From Pseudomonadota bacterium (GTDB lineage: Bacteria; Bdellovibrionota; FAC87; UBA2466): a DNA stretch of 64,000 nucleotides. The stretch lies in assembly GCA_009927165.1 (NCBI GenBank), contig RFNO01000106.1, positions 3,409-67,408 on the forward strand, written 5' to 3'. A program made the position numbers and the translations under genes. Below are positions 57,067 to 64,000 of this stretch, piece by piece (position 1 is the stretch's first letter; every line of letters starts with the position of its first letter). The notes under the pieces were generated by a model. The model made no database searches, was not told the DNA's origin, and worked only from the letters and a program-made list of their open reading frames with translations.

Positions 57067-59054
57067 AGTTCAAGCTGCTTCTTTTTAAGCTGAGTGAGAC
57101 GATCCCGAAGTTCGGCGGCTTTCTCAAACTCAAGTGCTTTTGCTGCTTTTTTCATTAGTTTCTCGATTTTTTCAATTTCTTTCGGAAGATCCTTTTCGCT
57201 AATTTTGAAATCACCTTTTTTCTGGTTTGTCTTCACTTCAAAGTAATCAAAATTTTCATTCGCATAAAGCGGGCTTTGGATGTTTTTCTTTACGGACTCC
57301 GGGGTGATCCCATGCGTTTGGTTATATTCAGCTTGGATCTTTTTCCTTCGCTCAGTTTCTTTTACTGCAAAATCAATGGAATCAGTGCGATGATCTGCGT
57401 AGAGGATCACTGTTCCATCCAGATTTCGAGCCGCTCTTCCAATCGTTTGAATGAGCGAAGTTTGGCTTCGCAAGAATCCTTCTTTATCCGCATCTAAAAT
57501 CCCTACTAAAGAGCATTCCGGAATATCCAAACCTTCTCTTAAAAGATTAATACCGATAAGGACATCAAAGGTTCCCATGCGAAGTTGTCTGATGATCTCA
57601 ACCCGCTCAATCGCGTCAATGTCAGAATGAAGGTAAACCGCTTTGAGCCCCATTTTTTGATAGTACTCGGTGAGGTCTTCAGACATTTTTTTGGTTAAAG
57701 TGGTAACGAGAACTCGTTGACCTTTCTCAACTCTTTTTCTGATCTCACCGTAAAGGTCATCTACTGCCCCTCTGGCAGGGCGAATCAAAATTTTAGGATC
57801 CATGAGTCCTGTTGGTCTAATAATTTGTTCTACAACATGATCTCTACCCTTATCTCGCTCATATTTTCCGGGAGTGGCCGATACGTAAACTACTTGATTG
57901 ATTAATCCCTCAAATTCCGAAAAATTAAGCGGGCGATTATCTAATGCCGAAGGCAATCTAAAACCATGCTCGACCAGTGTCATTTTTCGAGCTCGATCCC
58001 CACGGTACATACCTCCAATTTGAGGCACGGTGACATGGCTTTCATCGATAAATAGCAAAAAGTCAGAAGGAAAATACTCTAAAAGCGTGGGAGGAGGATC
58101 ACCTGGCTTTCGTCCGGTTAAGTGGCGACTATAATTTTCAATCCCGTTGCAGTAGCCCATTTCCTCGAGCATTTCGATATCGTAGTAGGTCCGCGATTCC
58201 AGACGTTGCGCTTCTATTGGTTTGTTGAGTTTTTTAAGCTCTTGGAGTCGGTTCCGGAGTTCTTCTTGGATAGAGAAAACTGCCTGTTTCAACATATCCT
58301 TGGGAGTCACATAGTGGCTTCCGGGATAAATATCGAGTCTATCCAGTTCTTCAACCGCAGTACCTGTAATAGGGTCGATTTTCGAGATCTTATCAATCGT
58401 ATCTCCCCAGAACTGAATTCGATAGGCTTTGCTCTCTTCGAACGCCGGAAAAATTTCAATAATATCTCCCCGCACTCTAAAAGTTCCTCGGTGGAAATCG
58501 TAGTCATTGCGTTCATATTGTGTCTCTACTAAGTAGAGAAGAAATTCATCTCTTCGTTGCTCAGCCCCTTTTTCCAAATGAATAGCCATTTGACGATAAA
58601 GCTCGGGCGAGCCCAAACCATAGATACAAGATACGCTTGCTACAATAATCACATCTCGACGAGAAAGCAGACTACGGGTCGCAGAGTGACGAAGTTGATC
58701 AATCTGATCATTAATGGAAGAGTCTTTTTCGATATAAGTGTCCGAAGAGGGAATATAGGCTTCGGGCTGATAGTAGTCATAATAGCTGACAAAATATTCT
58801 ACTGCGTTTTCTGGAAACAGTTCCTTGAATTCGGAGTAAAGCTGGGCGGCTAGCGTTTTATTAGGGGCTAGGATTAAAGAGGGGCGCTGCAATTTGGCGA
58901 TGACATTAGCGATGGTAAAAGTTTTCCCACTGCCTGTTACCCCCAAAAGGACAGTATCTCTGCGTTTTGATTCAATTTCCCGGCAGAGCTTATCTATGGC
59001 TTGGGGTTGGTCCCCTCGAGGGGCAAATTCACTGACAATTTTAAACTGGGCCAT
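57063..59054 (-). CDS. uvrB: Excinuclease ABC subunit B
   Basis: [48 protein letters not shown]. Confidence 0.97.
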   Translation of the reverse strand: MAQFKIVSEFAPRGDQPQAIDKLCREIESKRRDTVLLGVTGSGKTFTIANVIAKLQRPSLILAPNKTLAAQLYSEFKELFPENAVEYFVSYYDYYQPEAYIPSSDTYIEKDSSINDQIDQLRHSATRSLLSRRDVIIVASVSCIYGLGSPELYRQMAIHLEKGAEQRRDEFLLYLVETQYERNDYDFHRGTFRVRGDIIEIFPAFEESKAYRIQFWGDTIDKISKIDPITGTAVEELDRLDIYPGSHYVTPKDMLKQAVFSIQEELRNRLQELKKLNKPIEAQRLESRTYYDIEMLEEMGYCNGIENYSRHLTGRKPGDPPPTLLEYFPSDFLLFIDESHVTVPQIGGMYRGDRARKMTLVEHGFRLPSALDNRPLNFSEFEGLINQVVYVSATPGKYERDKGRDHVVEQIIRPTGLMDPKILIRPARGAVDDLYGEIRKRVEKGQRVLVTTLTKKMSEDLTEYYQKMGLKAVYLHSDIDAIERVEIIRQLRMGTFDVLIGINLLREGLDIPECSLVGILDADKEGFLRSQTSLIQTIGRAARNLDGTVILYADHRTDSIDFAVKETERRKKIQAEYNQTHGITPESVKKNIQSPLYANENFDYFEVKTNQKKGDFKISEKDLPKEIEKIEKLMKKAAKALEFEKAAELRDRLTQLKKKQLEL

Positions 59055-59131
59055 TGGTAAACAGTATAGGCAGGAGAATCTTTTCTGCCCAGTAGTTTAA
59101 ATTTGAATTTAAAAAGGGTATAGCCGTTAGC

Positions 59132-60082
59132 ATGAATGCTCTTCAGGGAAAAAAAATCGCTCTTTTGGGCTACGGGAATCAGGGACGAGCTCAGGCCATG
59201 AATCTTCGAGATTCCGGAGTGCAAGTAGAAATCGGAGCTCGGCCTGGAAAGGGGTGGGATGCTGCCAGACAAGATGGCTTTTCCGTATCGACTTTTCGTG
59301 AAGCAGCGGAACGGGGGCAAGTTCTTATGTTTTTGCTTCCCGATCAAGTCATCCCCCTTGTTTATCAGGATCTTTCAGACCTCTTTCAAAATGGCCAGAG
59401 AGAAGTAGGGTTCTCTCATGGCTATGCTTATCACTTTGGGGGAATCACAAAATTTCCACAAGCAGGTTACTTTTTAGTGGGCCCTAAAGGTGCGGGCGCT
59501 ATTCTTAGGGAACACTATGAGAGCGGTTCAGGATTGCCTGGTGTCTTTGCTGTCGAATCTCCTAGAGAAGAAACCCGTTTAATTGGATTGGCTTATGCAA
59601 AGGCTGTTGGGGTAGGTACTCCCACTTTGCTAGAAACTACTTTTCAAGAAGAAACGGAATGTGATCTTTTCGGCGAGCAAGTGGTCTTGTGTGGAGGTAT
59701 TTTAGAGTTGATGGAAGCCGCTTTTGAAACTTTGGTCAAGAATGGTAACAGTAGGGAAATGGCTTTTTTTGAATGCTGTTTTGAAGCCAAAATGATTTTA
59801 GATTTGTGGATGAAAGTTGGGCCTGCGGAACTTTCCAAAAAAATCAGTCCCACTGCTTTTTATGGGGGGACAACAAGAGGCAAGCGATTGATTGACGCCA
59901 AGGTTCGAGAAAAAATGGATGAGGTTTTTCAGGAAATACGTCGAGGTGACTTTAGTCGAGAGTGGAAGTCGGAGGCAGACAACAACTTTCCAAAATTGAA
60001 ACAACGCTCTCAAGAACTCCAAGGAGCTGGGTTAGAACAAACTTTTCAGATTTTGAAAAACCAGCTACAAAAAAGCCACTAG
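59132..60082 (+). CDS. ilvC: Ketol-acid reductoisomerase
   Basis: GYGNQGRAQAMNLRDSG, LLPD, FSHG, PKG.G, TTFQEETECDLFGEQVVLCGG. Confidence 0.93.
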   Translation: MNALQGKKIALLGYGNQGRAQAMNLRDSGVQVEIGARPGKGWDAARQDGFSVSTFREAAERGQVLMFLLPDQVIPLVYQDLSDLFQNGQREVGFSHGYAYHFGGITKFPQAGYFLVGPKGAGAILREHYESGSGLPGVFAVESPREETRLIGLAYAKAVGVGTPTLLETTFQEETECDLFGEQVVLCGGILELMEAAFETLVKNGNSREMAFFECCFEAKMILDLWMKVGPAELSKKISPTAFYGGTTRGKRLIDAKVREKMDEVFQEIRRGDFSREWKSEADNNFPKLKQRSQELQGAGLEQTFQILKNQLQKSH

Positions 60083-60137
60083 GACTTGAGGGAAGACTCT
60101 TGCCGGTCGTTGGACCGACCGCTAAATTGGCTGCTGT

Positions 60138-60209
60138 GTCCCTGTAGTTAAATGGATATAACGGAGGATTCCTAATCCTCAATTACAGGTTCGATTCCTG
60201 TCGGGGGCA
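60138..60209 (+). tRNA. tRNA-Arg (anticodon CCT); CCA not encoded
   Basis: Acceptor GTCCCTG/CGGGGGC+A, anticodon arm GAGGA-TTCCTAA-TCCTC, T arm ACAGG-TTCGATT-CCTGT. Confidence 0.95.
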
Positions 60210-60286
60210 TTTCTTTCCCATGACTCACATGAAAAAACCCTTGTGAAGTTCAGGAACAGCCTTTTTAATTAAGCCCGAGGTGATCT

Positions 60287-60949
60287 ATGAAAAAAGTAGC
60301 CGTTATTCTGTGCGGGAGTGGCTTTCGCGATGGAAGTGAAATCCGCGAAGCTGTTGGCGTTCTTTGGGCCCTCAGTCAAGAAAGAGCTCACGTTCAGTGC
60401 TTTGCTCCGGATGCTCTCCAAGCAGACGTGGTGAATTGTCTCACCGGAGAGACAATGTCTCATGAAAAAAGAAATATGTTGGTGGAATCCGCTCGAATTG
60501 CTCGCGGTGATGTAAAGCCCCTTCAAGATTTGGACGTTCAATCCTTTGACGCTTTAATGATTCCAGGGGGGTTTGGAGCCGCCAAAAATCTATGCAATTT
60601 TGCTTTTAAAGGCTCGCAGGGGAAAGTGGTACCAGATTTAGAAAAAGTTATTCACGGCTTTTACAAATCACAAAAGCCGATAGGAGCGGTTTGTATAGCT
60701 CCAGCAATTCTTGCCCTCGCGTTAAAAGGTTACTCAGTTTCTTTGACTGTTGGACAACCAGGAGAGACGTCTCAAGAAATTGAAAAACTAGGGCACAAAC
60801 ATCAAGCAACAAAAGTTACTGAGTGCTATGTGGATAGCCAAAACCGTCTGGTTACTACGGCTGCTTACATGGATAGTGTGGCTGCATTGAGTGATGTCTT
60901 TACGGGCATTCAGAAGTGTGTTCAGGAAGTCCTTAGGCTAACGAAATGA
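60287..60949 (+). CDS. elbB: Glyoxalase ElbB (DJ-1/PfpI family)
   Basis: VILCGSGFRDGSEI.E, RNMLVESARIARG, PGGFGAAKNL, CIAP. Confidence 0.92.
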   Translation: MKKVAVILCGSGFRDGSEIREAVGVLWALSQERAHVQCFAPDALQADVVNCLTGETMSHEKRNMLVESARIARGDVKPLQDLDVQSFDALMIPGGFGAAKNLCNFAFKGSQGKVVPDLEKVIHGFYKSQKPIGAVCIAPAILALALKGYSVSLTVGQPGETSQEIEKLGHKHQATKVTECYVDSQNRLVTTAAYMDSVAALSDVFTGIQKCVQEVLRLTK

Positions 60950-61299
60950 ATATTGAATTGCTCCAGAAAAAAATCAGGGAATTCGTTCAAGAGCGTGATT
61001 GGGAAAAATACCACAATCCCAAAAACCTATCCATGGCGCTTGCCGGTGAAGCAGGAGAACTCCTAGAGATTTTCCAATGGCTGACTCCAGCTGAATCATC
61101 TGAAATAAAAAACAATCCCCAAGCGTATCAAAGGACCAAACACGAGATTGCTGATATCCTGGTTTACTTGCTGAGATTGTCAGACAAGTTGGAAATTGAC
61201 TTAGAACAAGCGGTTCTGGAAAAAATCAAATTAAATCAAGAGAAATACCCAACTCATCTCGCAAAAGGCAGTGCCAAGAAATACACCGATTTGAAATGA
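60946..61299 (+). CDS. MazG-like nucleotide pyrophosphohydrolase (dCTPase family)
   Basis: ERDWEKYHNPKNL.MAL.GEAGELLEIFQW, EIADILVYL, KYP. Confidence 0.92.
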   Translation: MNIELLQKKIREFVQERDWEKYHNPKNLSMALAGEAGELLEIFQWLTPAESSEIKNNPQAYQRTKHEIADILVYLLRLSDKLEIDLEQAVLEKIKLNQEKYPTHLAKGSAKKYTDLK

Positions 61300-61533
61300 T
61301 CCCCAGTGAAGTTCTTTTGTACATCACAATTTTCACAATCTGAGAAAATCATCTTTCATCAAGGGTTTGGCAGGCTAAAACTTCAAAAAAGTCCCTGTCA
61401 GAAATTTCATCAAAGCTAAAGCCTTAGGATAATACTTGAATTCAATGTGCTGGGTGGAACTGTAAAAAACTTCGTCACCTGTGTAGCCCGGAAACAGTCG
61501 TCAGATTTGTGGACACTTCTCTGAAAAAGTAAC

Positions 61534-61583
61534 AGCTTTTCAATAGCTTAAAATTTTCTCACAAAACTGGTCTTTTGCTTGCA
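61534..61583 (+). promoter_or_regulatory. Candidate sigma54 promoter with near-consensus IHF site
   Basis: TTTCAATAGCTTA (IHF-like) then TGGTCTTTTGCTTGCA at 61568-83. Confidence 0.6.
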
Positions 61584-61674
61584 ATTCATTGCTTCAGATT
61601 CCATTCGCGAGTGGTAACGAACACGGGGAGCAGAGCCTCGCGAACCAGGGGTATAAGATAAACCGGGGGACGTT

Positions 61675-62460
61675 ATGAAGTACGTATTGTCGTGGGTGCG
61701 CTTGGCCGCATTCGCATTGGTGAGTTTGTCACTTATTTCCTGTCAACAATCAACTAGCCGATTAAGAAATATCGCTTTACCCGAATCTTCCGCTTACGGC
61801 GTTGATACTACCAGTGACTATCCAGGTGTAGTGCAAGTGCTTTCCCCTTCGGGAGCCCTGTGCACGGGTACTATCGTAAGCACGAGAGCAGTACTCACTG
61901 CAGCTCATTGCACGTTATCCTCGGGACGGTACTCTATTCGAGGAAGCGTGAATGCGAGCACAACCGTAAAGTACAATTACGGCCCAGGGATCGCTGATGA
62001 TCCAAACGATATTGCGATTCTAGTTTTCCCAAGCAATACTTTTCCAGCTGCTTATGTAATCGATATTGCAAGCTCAGTAGCTGCTGGCGAAGTTGCGCGA
62101 TTGGTAGGTTACGGATGCAATGACCTCGATACTCGAATGGGCGCTGGGGTTAAGCGAACAGGCACCAACGTAGTCGCAGACGTTAATGATTATGTAGAGT
62201 TCTATACTCCAGTTTCCAGCAGTGGAGTTCGCGGAATTTTAGGACCCCAAAACCGTGCGGCTTCTTGCTACGGAGATAGTGGTGGACCTGCTTTAAAAGA
62301 AGTAGACGGAAAATTGAAACTTGCAGCAGTCACTCATGCTGGAGGGGTTTATGAAGACACGATTGTTTCTCAGTACGTGGATATTTCAAATCGTTCGGAC
62401 AATAGAAACTTTATTTACCAGGTAAACAGAAACAACAACTTAGGAATCGCAGGGTTCTAA
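61675..62460 (+). CDS. Trypsin-like (S1) serine protease lipoprotein, paralog of 4171-4908
   Basis: Lipobox LISC; LTAAHC, DIAIL, GPQNRAASCYGDSGGP. Confidence 0.9.
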   Translation: MKYVLSWVRLAAFALVSLSLISCQQSTSRLRNIALPESSAYGVDTTSDYPGVVQVLSPSGALCTGTIVSTRAVLTAAHCTLSSGRYSIRGSVNASTTVKYNYGPGIADDPNDIAILVFPSNTFPAAYVIDIASSVAAGEVARLVGYGCNDLDTRMGAGVKRTGTNVVADVNDYVEFYTPVSSSGVRGILGPQNRAASCYGDSGGPALKEVDGKLKLAAVTHAGGVYEDTIVSQYVDISNRSDNRNFIYQVNRNNNLGIAGF

Positions 62461-62547
62461 TTTTCATAACGTGCCCTAGTTCAGGTCGCAGAGACCGTAA
62501 ACAACCCCGGAAACCTGAGCGGCTAGCTTCTCCCCAGCTGGCCGCTT

Positions 62548-62563
62548 TGGCTTTGAGATTGCT
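62548..62563 (+). promoter_or_regulatory. Candidate sigma54 promoter of the Tad genes
   Basis: TGGCTTTGAGATTGCT (GG-N10-GC) immediately upstream of the secretin gene. Confidence 0.45.
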
Positions 62564-62575
62564 ATCCCTTCTGGA

Positions 62576-63616
62576 GTGCTATTTCTTCGTTTTTTAGTTT
62601 TCCTGGTTTCTTGCTTTTTGGACGCGGGAGTCGCGGCTACCTTCCAAAATATTGCTCTGGGGAAGAACTTTTCCGAAACCCTTACTATTCCAGGGGTGAT
62701 AAGGATTGCTGTAGGAAACTCAAAAGTCCTCAGAGTCAAAGTTGTTTCTTCCTCCACATTGCTTTTGACGGGGATTTCCGTAGGAAAAACTTCTCTTCGG
62801 GTTTGGACCAGCGAAAATCAAGAGCAAGTATTCTTCGTCACTGTGACCTCCCCGGAATCTATTGTTCGAACGGATCTTAAGTCGCGGGGACAAGTAGCTC
62901 ATGTTTCTTTGGAGTTTTTGGAGCTAGACGAATCTGTGGGTAGAAACTCTGGCATTCAATGGCCAGAAACGTTGAGTTTCTCTGGTACAGGGCTACTCCA
63001 AGTACCCTCTAATTTCTCTGGGTTAAATTACTCAGCTTCCTTTTCAACGGCTCAAGGTTTTCTGCACTTTCTTGTCAAAGAGGGGTGGGCAAAATTGCTG
63101 ACGAGTCCTGACTTATATGTTCGCTTGGGAGAGCAAGCTGTGTTTCATTCGGGGGGTGAATTCCCAGTAGCTACCGGTGCTGATGCTTTTGGCCGATATC
63201 AACGAAAAATAGATTGGAAAAAATTTGGTTTGACGGCAAAGGTCAAGCCCGACAGTCCAGACGAAGAGCATTTTCAAACTGATATTCAGTTGGAAATATC
63301 GGAACTCGACCACTCTTATCAAATAGAAGGCATTCCTTCTCTAACCGTTCGAAACTTTTCAACCAAAATGGATTCAGTTGAAGGTGAAACAGTTATTTTG
63401 TCTGGATTAATCCGACAGACGTCGCAGTCCGAAGTGCAAAAAATTCCCTTACTGGGGGAAATTCCGATTCTCGGAAGCCTTCTGTTTAGCAAAAAAAGCG
63501 AGGGGCGAAAAGCTACTGAATTATTGATGGCAGTGACCATTGAAATGACCTCTCGGACTTTAGAGAAAGAATACTTTGAGGGATTTAAGGAAAGGTTTCA
63601 AAAAAAATATGATTGA
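62576..63616 (+). CDS. cpaC: Tad/Flp pilus secretin (CpaC/RcpA-like)
   Basis: N-terminal RIAVGN...G.SVGKTSL.VW domain; F.SGGEFP, W.KFG, GETVILSGL, KIPLLGEIPILG.LF. Confidence 0.85.
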   Translation: MLFLRFLVFLVSCFLDAGVAATFQNIALGKNFSETLTIPGVIRIAVGNSKVLRVKVVSSSTLLLTGISVGKTSLRVWTSENQEQVFFVTVTSPESIVRTDLKSRGQVAHVSLEFLELDESVGRNSGIQWPETLSFSGTGLLQVPSNFSGLNYSASFSTAQGFLHFLVKEGWAKLLTSPDLYVRLGEQAVFHSGGEFPVATGADAFGRYQRKIDWKKFGLTAKVKPDSPDEEHFQTDIQLEISELDHSYQIEGIPSLTVRNFSTKMDSVEGETVILSGLIRQTSQSEVQKIPLLGEIPILGSLLFSKKSEGRKATELLMAVTIEMTSRTLEKEYFEGFKERFQKKYD

Positions 63617-64000
63617 AAATATTGAACAACAACTGATGGGTCCTGCTCAAAAGCTTTTAACCCTGCTTCGGGACGATGACATAACAGATATTTTAATCAA
63701 CGGCGTTCATGGATGTTTTATTGAAAAAAAGGGATTTCTCATGGGACATCCCAATCCTTTTGATACCCCTCAAGCCTTATTTCACTTTATTGAACGAGTG
63801 GTGATTCCGACTGGAAAACGCATCGATGCCGCTGCTCCCTTTTTGGACGGACGTCTTCTTGATGGAAGCCGATTCAATATCGTGATGCCGCCTTTAGCAC
63901 TTGAAGGACCTCTAGTGAGTATTCGGAAAAAGCGGCTAGGGAAGTCCGTAGGTCCCGAGGTTTTCGGATCTCCCGAGCAAGTCGAATGGCTTCGTGGCCA
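63609..64000 (+). CDS. cpaF: Tad/Flp pilus assembly ATPase (5' part; runs off the right edge)
   Basis: Manual translation from ATG 63609: MIENIEQQLMG...DDDITDILING...GKRIDAAAPFLDGRLLDGSRFNIVMPPLALEGPLVSIRK. Confidence 0.88.
   Translation, partial: MIENIEQQLMGPAQKLLTLLRDDDITDILINGVHGCFIEKKGFLMGHPNPFDTPQALFHFIERVVIPTGKRIDAAAPFLDGRLLDGSRFNIVMPPLALEGPLVSIRKKRLGKSVGPEVFGSPEQVEWLRG

Noticed and set aside
60138-61300. tRNA-Arg as an integration site for a genomic island
   Set aside because: No integrase and no duplicated tRNA 3' end seen; the downstream genes look like ordinary chromosomal genes.

Overview
Gene-dense bacterial chromosomal window with no phage, IS, integrase or CRISPR features seen. 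The content (many secreted hydrolases and lipoproteins, a TIGR04565-like outer-membrane barrel, Tad/Flp secretin plus ATPase, and recurring sigma54 and IHF promoter motifs) suggests a Bdellovibrionota-like, possibly predatory, diderm. That taxonomy is inference. Housekeeping genes: metH (truncated at the left edge), prfC, msrB, adenine deaminase, plsC, mscS, hldD/rfaD, prmA, thiBPQ, lpxC, galU, priA, lgt, dksA, a wcaJ-like gene, IHF/HU, uvrB, ilvC, tRNA-Arg(CCT), elbB, cpaC and cpaF (truncated at the right edge). Four observations stand out. (1) Two tandem paralogous exported Gln/Ala-rich proteins (51985-55028) each have their own sigma54 promoter and IHF site, and share a hydrophobic G/A segment followed by 11-residue (hendecad) coiled-coil repeats, reminiscent of the microviral DNA-pilot (H) tube. 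(2) An unannotated ~290-nt GC-rich intergenic RNA (about 5070-5366) has a strong RBS, a 6-codon ORF, a multi-branch fold with a possible pseudoknot, and a terminator. (3) A second structured RNA with an exposed anti-Shine-Dalgarno loop lies at 42205-42398. (4) About eight sigma54 -24/-12 motifs sit in front of envelope or secreted genes, including lpxC. All calls were made by eye from the sequence; no database searches or folding programs were run.
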